A stretch of 32,000 bases of DNA from Candidatus Dactylopiibacterium carminicum (GCF_014736495.1 NZ_MDUX01000009.1:1-32000); one strand, 5' to 3'. Shown: positions 6,775 through 15,490, counted from the first letter of the stretch. A program made the numbers and translations. Notes: generated from the sequence alone by a model not told the origin.

Positions 6775-8622
6775 CGGGATGTGGAAGAAATCCGCCGCGC
6801 TGCTGGCGTTGCGGAACATGAAGAAGAACAGGCGCTCGCGCCACATCGCCATGCCGGGCTTGCGGTGCGGCACCAGGCGTTCGCGGCCGAGGAAGAAGGT
6901 GGTCTCCATCAACGCGAAGGAAAATTTGCCCTCGCTGGAGAGCTGCTGCAGCGCAGCGGGGATGTCCGGCGCTTCCTTGAAACCGTAGCGCACCAGGATG
7001 CGGTGGAAACCGTAATCCAGCGATTCACACTCCACGCGGTCGATCTCCGGCACGGTGGGAACATCTTCGGTAACCACGGTCAGCAGCACGATGCGCTCGT
7101 GCAGCACCTTGTTGTGCAGCAGATTGTGCAGCAGGCGCGGCACGCCCTCCGGGTTGGAGGTCATGAATACGCCGGTACCGGCCACGCGATGGGGCGGCGA
7201 GTGAAACAAAGACTGGATGAAGAGATCCAGTGGCATGGTTTCGACGCGGGTGCGCTCACCGAGCAGATCCCGCCCGCGTCGCCATGTGGCCATCAGCGTG
7301 AAGATGGCCGCGCCCAAGCCGAGCGGAAACCAGCCGCCATCCAGGATCTTCACCGCACAGGCGATCACGAAGGCGAGATCGACCACGAGGAATCCCACCA
7401 GGAAAACGAAGCCTTTGCTCAGCGACCATCGCCACAGGTGACGCACCACTACGAAAGCCAGCAGCGTATCGATGAGCATGGTGAGCGTGACGGCAATGCC
7501 ATAGGCCGACGCGAGGTTGCTCGATGAGCGGAAGCCCAGCACTACGGCCACCACAGCCACCAGCAGCGCCCAGTTCACGCCCGGCACATAGACCTGGCCG
7601 ATCTCGTGACTGGAGGTATGGATGAAGGCGATGCGCGGGCAATAGCCCAGCTGCGTGGCCTGCCGTGTGAGCGAGAAAGCGCCCGAAATCACCGCTTGTG
7701 AGGCGATGATGGTCGCCGCCGTGGCCAGCCCGATCAGTGGATACAGCAGCCAGCCTGGTGCCAGAAGGTAGAAGGGGTTGCGCACGGCAGCCGGATCAGA
7801 CAGCAGCAGCGCACCCTGCCCCAGATAATTGAGGTAGATGCAGGGCAGCACCAGGCCGAACCAGGCCAGCTTGATCGGGCGCCGGCCAAAGTGCCCCATG
7901 TCGGCATACAGGGCTTCCCCACCGGTAACGGCGAGCACCACGGAGCCCAGCGCGAGGAAGCCCAGAATGCGATGCTCGGCAAAGAAACTCAGCCCATACC
8001 AGGGATTCAGTGCCAGCAATACCCGAGGCTGTTCGACCACCTGCAGCACGCCCAGGGCGCCCAGCGTGAGGAACCAGAACACCATCACCGGGCCGAACAG
8101 CGTGCCCACCTGGCCAGTCCCCCGGCTCTGCATCCAGAACAGCGAAAGCAGCACGCCGATGGCGATGGGTACGACGAAACCATCGAACGCCGGTGTGGCG
8201 ATGTGCAGCCCTTCGACGGCGGAGAGCACCGACATTGCCGGTGTGATCACGCCATCGCCGTAGAACAGCGCGGCACCGAAGAGCCCCAGGATGGTGAGCA
8301 GCCACATCTTGCGCGGCGAGCCCTGCACGGCACGGTTGGCCAGTGCGGTGAGCGCCATGATGCCGCCCTCGCCGCGGTTGTCCGCACGCATGATGAAGAG
8401 TACGTACTTGAGCGATACCACCAGCATCAGCGCCCAGAACACCAGCGAGAGGATGCCCAGCACATTGGGCATGTTCGGCGGAATGCCATGCCCGCCGAAG
8501 ATTTCCTTCATCGTGTAGAGCGGGCTGGTTCCGATATCGCCATACACCACGCCCGTAGCGGCCAGCGTAAGCGCGGCCAGACGTTTACGCGAGGCTGACA
8601 TGCCGCTTTCTGTGCTGCTCAT
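6733..8622 (-). CDS. kup: Kup/HAK/KT family potassium uptake transporter
   Basis: N-terminal signature LTLAATGVVYGDIGTSPLYT, polytopic body and C-terminal ..PNRVVEFGTQVEI. I prefer the start at ATG 8622 (GGGGGAAG SD); the ORF opens at 8673. Confidence 0.92.
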   Translation of the reverse strand: MSSTESGMSASRKRLAALTLAATGVVYGDIGTSPLYTMKEIFGGHGIPPNMPNVLGILSLVFWALMLVVSLKYVLFIMRADNRGEGGIMALTALANRAVQGSPRKMWLLTILGLFGAALFYGDGVITPAMSVLSAVEGLHIATPAFDGFVVPIAIGVLLSLFWMQSRGTGQVGTLFGPVMVFWFLTLGALGVLQVVEQPRVLLALNPWYGLSFFAEHRILGFLALGSVVLAVTGGEALYADMGHFGRRPIKLAWFGLVLPCIYLNYLGQGALLLSDPAAVRNPFYLLAPGWLLYPLIGLATAATIIASQAVISGAFSLTRQATQLGYCPRIAFIHTSSHEIGQVYVPGVNWALLVAVVAVVLGFRSSSNLASAYGIAVTLTMLIDTLLAFVVVRHLWRWSLSKGFVFLVGFLVVDLAFVIACAVKILDGGWFPLGLGAAIFTLMATWRRGRDLLGERTRVETMPLDLFIQSLFHSPPHRVAGTGVFMTSNPEGVPRLLHNLLHNKVLHERIVLLTVVTEDVPTVPEIDRVECESLDYGFHRILVRYGFKEAPDIPAALQQLSSEGKFSFALMETTFFLGRERLVPHRKPGMAMWRERLFFFMFRNASSAADFFHIPPNRVVEFGTQVEI

Positions 8623-8759
8623 GCGATCTTCCCCCGAAGGCCGCTGGCGGCGGGTTCTAAGAGTATCCGCCACGGCAAAGTGCGCGGAGCGTACGCGCCT
8701 TGATCATGTGCCGCAATAAGGGGAGAAGACCGATGGTGAGGCACAACCGGGCACGAACG

Positions 8760-8881
8760 GTAGGGTGCGCCGTACGCACGCGGGAGGAATGGTGCGCACG
8801 GCGCACCACCCTGCACAGGAATGCAAGCCCGTAGGTCAGGCTTCAGCCTGACTCCCATCACCCTATCCGGCTGAAGCCGGA
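8760..8881. repeat. REP cluster (class 1 pair plus two class 2 hairpins)
   Basis: 8760-8779 is GTAGGGTGCGCCGTACGCAC. 8791-8814 is a degenerate inverted copy. 8831-8852 is GTAG+GTCAGGCTTCAGCCTGAC. 8866-8881 is TCCGGCTGAAGCCGGA. Confidence 0.8.
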
Positions 8882-8908
8882 CCCACGGGCTTATACGCGT
8901 CTCCGCCC

Positions 8909-10000
8909 TTATTCCTCGGCGTGATTGCGCGCACGCGCAACACGCCGCTGGCGCACGCCTTCGGCGAGAAGATCGAGCAGTTGCACGCTGTCTTCCCAGC
9001 CGATGCAGGCATCAGTGATGCTCTTGCCGTATTCGAGCGGCTTGCCCGGCGCGAGATCCTGGCGGCCGGCGACGAGATGGGATTCGCACATCACGCCAAA
9101 CAGGCGGTCATCACCCGCCGAGAGCTGTTCGGCCACATCGCGCGCCACATCCATCTGCAACTGATACTGCTTGCGGCTGTTCGAATGCGAGAAATCGACC
9201 ATTACGCGCGAGGAAACGCTGGCCGCAGCCAGCTCCTTGCAGGCCTTGTCCACATTGGCGGCGTCATAGTTCGGCTCCTTGCCGCCACGCAGGATGAGGT
9301 GACAATCTTCATTGCCGCTGGTAGAGACGATGGCCGAATGGCCAGCCTTGGTCACCGAGAGGAAGTGGTGCGGCGAAGCTGCCGCCTTGATCGCGTCGAT
9401 GGCGATGCGCACATTGCCATCGGTGCCGTTCTTGAAACCGACCGGACAGGAAAGACCGGAAGCCAGCTCGCGGTGCACCTGGCTCTCGGTGGTGCGTGCG
9501 CCAATGGCGCCCCAGGCGATCAGGTCCGCAATGTATTGCGGCGTGATCATGTCGAGGAATTCGGTGGCGGCCGGCAGCCCCATGCCATTGATCTCCCACA
9601 GCAGTTTGCGCGCGATGCGCAGGCCGTCGTTGATGCGGTAGGAGCCATCCAGCCCCGGATCGTTGATCAGCCCCTTCCAGCCGACAGTGGTGCGCGGCTT
9701 CTCGAAATACACCCGCATGACCACCAGCAGGTCGTCCTTCAGGCGATCCGCCTCCGGCTTCAGGCGGCGTGCGTATTCGAGTGCGGCGGCGGTGTCATGC
9801 ACCGAACAGGGGCCGATCACCACCAGCAGGCGGTCATCCGCGCCATGCAGGATGCGGTGGATGCCATGGCGGGCAGTAAAGGCCGTCTGGGCAGAGGCTT
9901 CTGTGGCGGGAAACTCGCGCAGCACATGGGCCGGGGGGGAGAGTTCCTTGATTTCGCGGATACGGACGTCGTCGATATGCAGGTGGGTGGAGGCGGTCAT
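8909..10000 (-). CDS. aroG: Class I 3-deoxy-7-phosphoheptulonate (DAHP) synthase
   Basis: 363 aa. Motifs DDVRIREIKEL, VVIGPCSVHD and KPRTTVGWKGLINDP. The isoenzyme (F/G/H) cannot be assigned from sequence alone. Confidence 0.9.
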   Translation of the reverse strand: MTASTHLHIDDVRIREIKELSPPAHVLREFPATEASAQTAFTARHGIHRILHGADDRLLVVIGPCSVHDTAAALEYARRLKPEADRLKDDLLVVMRVYFEKPRTTVGWKGLINDPGLDGSYRINDGLRIARKLLWEINGMGLPAATEFLDMITPQYIADLIAWGAIGARTTESQVHRELASGLSCPVGFKNGTDGNVRIAIDAIKAAASPHHFLSVTKAGHSAIVSTSGNEDCHLILRGGKEPNYDAANVDKACKELAAASVSSRVMVDFSHSNSRKQYQLQMDVARDVAEQLSAGDDRLFGVMCESHLVAGRQDLAPGKPLEYGKSITDACIGWEDSVQLLDLLAEGVRQRRVARARNHAEE

Positions 10001-10028
10001 GGCAGAAGACGTTTCAGCAACAAGGCCT

Positions 10029-11178
10029 GCATTCTAGATTCTATGTACAAGTACAAGGAAATTTTATGTCTGGGTGCGAGGTTGTCCGATGAGTGTGGGG
10101 TCAAAAGGAGTCTCGGAGTTCCACACGGCGAACGCGACGCGCAGGATCTTCCTCGCGATGATGCAGTAGATAGCGGTGCGTGGCAGTCCCCTGCTCAGCA
10201 AAGCGTCACGCATGGTACGCCAAGGCGTATTGCGGCAAGCACTGATTGCCGCCATGTATAGCAACCGCCGTTCTTCCGGATTGCCACGCTTCGATAGCTG
10301 CCGGGTGCCGACATATCTACCTGACTCCCGAGGTCGAGGGTCGAGCCCCACGGCAGCCACCAGCGCATCACTGTTCGCATAGTGGATGCGGCTCATGCGT
10401 AAGGCCAGAGTTGTGCTAACCAAGGGTCCCACACCGTGAATCCCCATCAGAAGCTTGCATTTGCGCTGCATGACGGCATCAGCAGCCATCAGATCCTGTA
10501 AGCGTTGATCGATCTGAGCAATCAGCGCTTCAAAGGCCTTCATGAGCGTAGAAAGCGCTGATAGACATGATGCGTCACCTTGAGAGAAGCTCATGGACAG
10601 ACTGGCACGCTGCTTGACGACCTGATGTCTCCGCTGGATCAACGTCGTAAGCGCAAGGTGATCTTCACTCAAGGGTGCATAAGGATGGCACTGAGCGGAT
10701 TCATTGTGCGTGTAACGTGCAATGCCAGCGGCATCAAAAAGGTCGGTTTTGCCTCGCACCCTCAGGCTCTTGAGATAAAACGCAACATCCTTGGGGTTGA
10801 ACACATAAACCCGATGCCCTGCCGAAAAGGCCAGATCAGCCAAAGTTCGATGCAGCGTCCCCGTCGCTTCCATTCCCAATGTGCATTGCACCGGCAAATT
10901 CGCGAGCCAGCGCTTGATTGCAGCAGGTTTGTTCGGGATGCGAATGAGCGGCTGGATGTCATCAAAGGTAGCAATGACTAGTTCATCCATGCTGACATCG
11001 ATTCCGATAGACAGGGGCTGAGTATTCACGCGTGCGAATCCTTATGAATAAGTTGATACAGGTATCGTTTTTTGCGTGAGCTTGCAGCTATCGGCGGTCA
11101 TGCCATCCAGGCACGCCGCTGCATTCCTCATCGACGCTGACAAAAACGAAATGGGAGCATTTCTAGAATCGTCTGTCC
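10029..11178 (-). mobile_element. IS110-like unit (recombinase plus non-coding ends); limits inferred from direct copies of a TCTAGA core
   Basis: The core GCATTCTAGATTCTATGTAC (10029-10048) and GCATTTCTAGAATCGTCTGTCC (11157-11178) flank the gene in direct orientation, with the TCTAGA centres 1129 bp apart. The exact ends are not determinable by eye. Confidence 0.5.
10064..11029 (-). CDS. IS110-family (DEDD/Piv-like) transposase/recombinase
   Basis: N-terminal SIGIDVSMDELVIA (DEDD_Tnp_IS110-like). C-terminal Transposase_20-like block GIHGVGPLVSTTLA...VGLDPRPRESGRYVGTRQLSKRGNPEERRLLYMAA. GTG start, TAA stop. Confidence 0.9.
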   Translation of the reverse strand: MNTQPLSIGIDVSMDELVIATFDDIQPLIRIPNKPAAIKRWLANLPVQCTLGMEATGTLHRTLADLAFSAGHRVYVFNPKDVAFYLKSLRVRGKTDLFDAAGIARYTHNESAQCHPYAPLSEDHLALTTLIQRRHQVVKQRASLSMSFSQGDASCLSALSTLMKAFEALIAQIDQRLQDLMAADAVMQRKCKLLMGIHGVGPLVSTTLALRMSRIHYANSDALVAAVGLDPRPRESGRYVGTRQLSKRGNPEERRLLYMAAISACRNTPWRTMRDALLSRGLPRTAIYCIIARKILRVAFAVWNSETPFDPTLIGQPRTQT

Positions 11179-11197
11179 GTTGAAACGGCAGATAGCC
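11074..11197. repeat. Long direct repeat X-L (non-coding region 5' of the IS110 recombinase)
   Basis: Aligns with 17196-17328 at roughly 88 percent identity by eye. Long perfect blocks (for example GCACGCCGCTGCATTCCTCATCGACGCTGAC) are interrupted by short variable patches and one 9-nt indel. Confidence 0.9.
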
Positions 11198-11236
11198 CGA
11201 ACCGCCCTTGCCCTCGAAAATATCGCAACGTCACGT

Positions 11237-12355
11237 TTAAAGGCGGGGCTTGGCGGCCAAGCCACCAATGCCGAGCGCAGGCGCGGCAATGGCCAGGTCA
11301 CCACTGGTGACGACGTTGCCCGAGGTCACTGGCTGATTGCTGACGGGAAAGGGCTGTTGTGTGCCCTGCCCTTGATCCCAGGCGACGAAGTAGCCACGTT
11401 CGACGATGGATTCGCAGAGGTTCTGCGGCACATCGATCCGCGTGGCCTGCTGGCTGTAGCAGCGGCATCCCTTTGACTTGAGCGTGACGCAGGCAGCGGG
11501 ATACGGCGCAACGGTTGGCTTGGTCACGTCGTCGTAGATAGGCGCCGTATTGGGCAGGCCGGGAATGCGTGCCTGGTGCGCTTCGAGATACGCGAACGTC
11601 GTGAGCTTGCCCGTCACAGGGTTCTGGCCAGGTGTGGCCGGTGCGCCTGTGGCCTGGATGCTCGGGTTCTTGAACCGATCCACAGCCTGCTTTTCGTCCA
11701 TCCGTGGTGCCAGCCAGCGCCAGACACCGAAGATCAGGACAGCGAGCAGAGCCGGCATCAGAAACAGGAACAGCAGCCGCCACGGCATGCGCCCTTTGAC
11801 GACATGCAGCTCGGCGCTCTGGTAGAGGTCAAAGACGTTCTTCGGGTACGGAAATGGCGTCTTCTCGGAGTCATCACGGTTCTTGTCGCACTGCTCCTTG
11901 CACTTGTCCCAGGCATGCACCGTCGCGTAGTGCTTGCCGAAGGCGCGGACCATGTGGCGGTGCTTGGTCACCAGGCGCCGGATGTTGTTGTCGATCAGCA
12001 TCGGGTGTTGCGTGATCAAGAAGATGCTGTAGCCGCGGTGCCGGTGCTTCTCCATCTGCGCGACGTGATCGGGCACCTGTGAGCCTGTGCCGCGAGGCCG
12101 GAAGATGTCCTGCGCTTCGTCGATCACGATGATCGCGCCGACCGGCAGCTCGAACCACTTGCGCGGGTCTTCCATCTCGATCCAGCCAGGCACCTTGCAG
12201 CCCCGGATATTGTGGAAATAGACCTGCCGTTCGTACGGTTTGCCTTGCCTCTCGGCTTCCTTCCGTTCGGCTTCGGTGAGGTCCATAACGTGATTGATGG
12301 TGTAGAGCGTCTTTGACGCGCCAGGCAGGCCAGTGTGCAGATTCAGTGTGCTCAT
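11237..12355 (-). CDS. zot: Zot/pI-family phage assembly ATPase
   Basis: N-terminal Walker A HTGLPGASKTLYT, central TM segment LLFLFLMPALLAVLIFGVW, 372 aa. Last gene of the phage morphogenesis block. Confidence 0.88.
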   Translation of the reverse strand: MSTLNLHTGLPGASKTLYTINHVMDLTEAERKEAERQGKPYERQVYFHNIRGCKVPGWIEMEDPRKWFELPVGAIIVIDEAQDIFRPRGTGSQVPDHVAQMEKHRHRGYSIFLITQHPMLIDNNIRRLVTKHRHMVRAFGKHYATVHAWDKCKEQCDKNRDDSEKTPFPYPKNVFDLYQSAELHVVKGRMPWRLLFLFLMPALLAVLIFGVWRWLAPRMDEKQAVDRFKNPSIQATGAPATPGQNPVTGKLTTFAYLEAHQARIPGLPNTAPIYDDVTKPTVAPYPAACVTLKSKGCRCYSQQATRIDVPQNLCESIVERGYFVAWDQGQGTQQPFPVSNQPVTSGNVVTSGDLAIAAPALGIGGLAAKPRL

Positions 12356-12362
12356 CGCGGGC

Positions 12363-12719
12363 TCACTTGTTCAGTCGCTTGAGCGTGAAGGAGAGCGAGG
12401 AGAGCGAGGCGAACGCCATCCAGCCACTGATGAGGATGTTCAGCGCGTCGAACAGTCCGGCGTAGGCCGCAAACTGGATCATGACTGCGCCGAGACCTGC
12501 CGCGCTGCCACCGCCACTGCCGCCACCTGCGGACTGGACGTAGGCAACCATCTGCGTAAAGTCGGAGACGATGTAGCCGATGAGGATCTCGAAGCCCTTC
12601 ACCATCGTGAAGGTGAGGCCGAGACCGACCAGGATCATGCCGATCCGCTTCGAGAAGAATTGCGTGAGTCCGGCAACGATGCCGCCCACAAGCGATGCTG
12701 CGATTACCGGGAGTGCCAT
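12363..12719 (-). CDS. Small hydrophobic virion/assembly protein (DUF2523 / pVI-like position)
   Basis: 118 aa. Hydrophobic segments separated by a GGGSGGGS stretch. Lies directly upstream of zot, as in many inoviruses. Confidence 0.6.
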   Translation of the reverse strand: MALPVIAASLVGGIVAGLTQFFSKRIGMILVGLGLTFTMVKGFEILIGYIVSDFTQMVAYVQSAGGGSGGGSAAGLGAVMIQFAAYAGLFDALNILISGWMAFASLSSLSFTLKRLNK

Positions 12720-12720
12720 G

Positions 12721-13119
12721 TCATGCCCTTTCTGTAACGTTGCGACTATTGCCGGAAGGCGTCAGCGCAATTCCTCTGGAATCTTCGATTCCTGCCGGAA
12801 TTCTCCTGCCCCCTTCCTGACCGGTGTCCGTGTCTGTGTAGTACGTGTGAATCGTCGGCGGACGGAGCGCCAGGCGCCTGGCGCTCGCCGTGGTGAGGGC
12901 AGACCGGCAGGGCACTCGAAAAAAGGTGAACCTCTTTTTTTCGGTGTCCTGCACGTCCCCGTAAAGCCTGTCTTTCAATTCCTGATAAAGCGTCGGAATC
13001 GAAAGCCATTTACGGGGCGCCTGCGGCGTCTGCATGCGTTCCTGGACGGTTGTATGGTTCTGCTGCCAGGGTGAAGTGTTGTCTGGGCCTTGCTGGCCAG
13101 GCTGGCGGTTTTGGGTCAT
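12721..13119 (-). CDS. Hypothetical phage protein (orf132)
   Basis: Its start overlaps the pIII-like stop (ATGA at 13116-13119) and its stop abuts the next ATG. Third-position GC is moderately high by hand count. No family recognised. The region also holds strong DNA palindromes, so coding status is uncertain. Confidence 0.4.
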   Translation of the reverse strand: MTQNRQPGQQGPDNTSPWQQNHTTVQERMQTPQAPRKWLSIPTLYQELKDRLYGDVQDTEKKRFTFFRVPCRSALTTASARRLALRPPTIHTYYTDTDTGQEGGRRIPAGIEDSRGIALTPSGNSRNVTERA

Positions 13120-14657
13120 GTCGGCACCGTCCGCGACAGCAGATGGACCACGCCGATGTAGGCAATGATGTGCATGATCAGCCGCAGGAACTTGCCCAGT
13201 TCGCAGAGGATGGAGAGGTCGAACTTGTACTCACGGCCCTTGTAGGTGAAGCCTTTCTCCGCGATGCAGCTGCCGGAGAAGGTGAGGTAGTCCTTCCGCT
13301 TCTCCTGGAAGGTGGCCCATATATCGAGATCGCCGGAGCCATCCTTGTTGAGCGCAGCATCGATCTCGGCCTGAGTCGGCAGGTTCTGCGAGGTCTCGTC
13401 GTGAATCGCGCTCAGGTCGTTGGCTTCTTCGGCCCAGGCCCACTGGCATCTGATCTGCCAGAGCTGTGTCGCCTGGGCGCACTGGACGGCATCACCGTCA
13501 CAGCTCGGCGCGGTCTGGCAGTAGGTGCCAGTGAAGCTGCCGTTCTTGCAGATCGAGAGCTGCGGCATCTGCTGGCAGAGGTTGAGCTGCTCGGAGTCGC
13601 CACGGCTGGCCCCAGTCGTGGTGGTACTGGTGCTGGAACCATCACTGCCAGTTGTGGTGGTGGTCGTGGTGCAGCTGCCGCCGCTGCAGGTGGTTTCCTG
13701 CGTTGTCGTGCCACCGCCGACGGAGTTGCCGTTGGAGTCCGTCGTGTTGCTGCCTGATCCGGTGTTGAACTCGACAGGGTCCGTGCTCTGTTCGGGAGGA
13801 ACGCAGACCACAGATCCGTTGACGGTGCCGTAGCCCTGCCCGGCTTCCAGGCATTTACAGATCTCGCAGCTCGGCAGACTGGAGCCGCTGCCACTGGATG
13901 ATCCGCTCGAAGAACTGGAGCCACTCGAGCTAGAGCTTCCGGAGCCAGAACTGGAACCGCTTGAAGAGCTAGAGCCACCGGAATCACCACCATTGAGATT
14001 GCCGGGAATCGGCGTTTCAGCGCCACCGCTGGAAGAGCCTTGTGGGCACGTGATCGACGATTCGGAAACCGTGCAGTATTCCAGGGCCGCGCCGGCGGAA
14101 TTGACGACGCTTTTACCAGTCGTGCCCTGGCATGAGATTTTGGTCAGCAGGCAACCATTCGAGCAGAGGTAATAGTCGTTCGTGTCGCCGACGGTGCCAG
14201 AGCCGAATCGGTTGGCGGTTTTAGCGCCCTTCGGAAACCAGCCGCGAGAGGTGGCGTTGCTGACGGGGCAGGATTGTTGTGAGGACGAAGAGGAGGATGC
14301 CGCACCGCAGGACCACGCGCCCCACTGATTAGGGCCAACTGGAACCTGCCCATCAGCGCAAGACAACACAGAAAAAAGATTACCGCCAGCGCCAGCGCAC
14401 GTAAAAGAAGAATCGCGATACGTGTCCGTGTATTTTTTATTTATTGAGCCACACGAACGGCCATACATGCTCTGACAAGCAGACTGACATGCCTGTTGCG
14501 CGTCGATAGTCCAAACAGCATTTTTACCAGAACCGCCAGAGCCATTAAGCCATTCAACTGCATTTGCAGGAGAGAAGAAAAATAAAATTATCAGGGCGCA
14601 AACAATATCCAGCCAGCGCCGAGCATTGCGATTAGCAGCCACAGTCCCATTTTTCAT
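13116..14657 (-). CDS. pIII-like minor coat / host-attachment protein
   Basis: 513 aa. N-terminal signal/anchor LDIVCALIILFFFSPANA and Cys-rich domains. Ser/Gly linker (DNA 13880-13992), Thr-rich linker (about 13612-13672) and C-terminal hydrophobic anchor LRLIMHIIAYIGVVHLL. Lies immediately after the major coat gene. Confidence 0.75.
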   Translation of the reverse strand: MKNGTVAANRNARRWLDIVCALIILFFFSPANAVEWLNGSGGSGKNAVWTIDAQQACQSACQSMYGRSCGSINKKYTDTYRDSSFTCAGAGGNLFSVLSCADGQVPVGPNQWGAWSCGAASSSSSSQQSCPVSNATSRGWFPKGAKTANRFGSGTVGDTNDYYLCSNGCLLTKISCQGTTGKSVVNSAGAALEYCTVSESSITCPQGSSSGGAETPIPGNLNGGDSGGSSSSSGSSSGSGSSSSSGSSSSSGSSSGSGSSLPSCEICKCLEAGQGYGTVNGSVVCVPPEQSTDPVEFNTGSGSNTTDSNGNSVGGGTTTQETTCSGGSCTTTTTTTGSDGSSTSTTTTGASRGDSEQLNLCQQMPQLSICKNGSFTGTYCQTAPSCDGDAVQCAQATQLWQIRCQWAWAEEANDLSAIHDETSQNLPTQAEIDAALNKDGSGDLDIWATFQEKRKDYLTFSGSCIAEKGFTYKGREYKFDLSILCELGKFLRLIMHIIAYIGVVHLLSRTVPT

Positions 14658-14672
14658 TCCCCCGCCCCCGTT

Positions 14673-14699
14673 AAATAAAAAGGGAGGCCGAAGCCTCCC
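14673..14699 (-). terminator. Rho-independent terminator between the major coat and pIII-like genes
   Basis: The minus strand reads GGGAGGC-ttcg-GCCTCCC followed by TTTTTATTT. Ff phages have a terminator at the same position, after gene VIII. Confidence 0.8.
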
Positions 14700-14724
14700 C
14701 CGGCCTTTTTTAAATCACCGCGAT

Positions 14725-14922
14725 TTACATCGCGCGGCGAACCCACTTGTAGGCCTTGATGGCGACCGCAACGAGCAGCACGGCGCCACCGATGAGACCG
14801 ATCGGCGTCAAGGTGCCGTCGATCTCATCAACCACTGCGGACACATCGATGGCGGCTTGTGCACCGGTCGTGAGAGCCAGCGAGAACACGCCAGCCACAA
14901 CTGCGAGGATTTGCTTCTTCAT
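14725..14922 (-). CDS. Major coat protein (pVIII-like)
   Basis: 65 aa. Signal peptide MKKQILAVVAGVFSLALTTGAQA. The mature part has an acidic N-terminus (DVSAVVDEID), a hydrophobic core and a basic C-terminus KAYKWVRRAM. Confidence 0.85.
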   Translation of the reverse strand: MKKQILAVVAGVFSLALTTGAQAAIDVSAVVDEIDGTLTPIGLIGGAVLLVAVAIKAYKWVRRAM

Positions 14923-15158
14923 GCTTCAGGCTCCTTGTCTGGAGAGTTGAGAAAATTAGCGAGGGTGCGAAGCCCCCACGCCGCGCCCCAAACCAGCCAG
15001 ATCACACCGCCGATCTGTGCTGCTTCAGAGATGGAGAGGTTCCACGGGCTGTTGGCCATGCTGACGGCTTCCGCGCCCGTGAAAACCACATAGGGACACT
15101 CCGCAACGCTCGCGGGCTCGCTTTGAATCGCCTGGAGGTCAGCGGAGAGGCAGAGCAT
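14919..15158 (-). CDS. Small phage membrane protein (pVII/pIX position)
   Basis: 79 aa. Hydrophobic segment IGGVIWLVWGAAWGL. Overlapping start/stop codons with both neighbours. Confidence 0.55.
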   Translation of the reverse strand: MLCLSADLQAIQSEPASVAECPYVVFTGAEAVSMANSPWNLSISEAAQIGGVIWLVWGAAWGLRTLANFLNSPDKEPEA

Positions 15159-15490
15159 CAGGCGGCAGCCTTGTTCTGTGCCGGATGCGGTTGGCCGGGC
15201 ACCGGCTTGATCGGAACAATCTCGACCACGGTGATCTTCTGGTCACGCTTGCCGGTCACCAGCTCGAAATGCACCTCGGCCGAAATCGGGAATTGCATCT
15301 CCATCAGGTTCTTGACGATCTGCGAGGAAGCGCAGCGGTATTCGACGGTGCGCCAGCCTTTAGAGGTGCCACGGCTTTCGTCCAGCGGCTCTTCGATCCA
15401 GATGGCGCCGGAATCCATCTGCTTGCCGTCGATCTCGCCTGTAAAGAAGTTGGCGCCCTTGATGATGTCATTACGCTTGAAGCCACTCAT
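15158..15490 (-). CDS. Putative ssDNA-binding protein (pV position)
   Basis: 110 aa. Its start ATG overlaps the Rep stop (ATGA). Assigned from size and position after Rep only; no motif recognised. Confidence 0.5.
   Translation of the reverse strand: MSGFKRNDIIKGANFFTGEIDGKQMDSGAIWIEEPLDESRGTSKGWRTVEYRCASSQIVKNLMEMQFPISAEVHFELVTGKRDQKITVVEIVPIKPVPGQPHPAQNKAAA

Noticed and set aside
8921-10261. 446-aa plus-strand ORF.
   Set aside because: It is antisense to the DAHP synthase gene and runs into the IS110 recombinase gene. No motifs were recognised.
13880-13992. Repetitive DNA that could be a non-coding VNTR or a CRISPR-like array.
   Set aside because: It is in frame within the pIII-like gene and encodes the Ser/Gly linker. 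It has no repeat-spacer organisation.
13050-14026. Alternative-frame ORFs (235 aa on the plus strand, 204 aa on the minus strand) across the pIII-like gene.
   Set aside because: They are generated by the repetitive Ser/Gly/Thr-coding DNA. Only the 513-aa frame has a signal peptide, Cys-rich domains, linkers and a C-terminal anchor.
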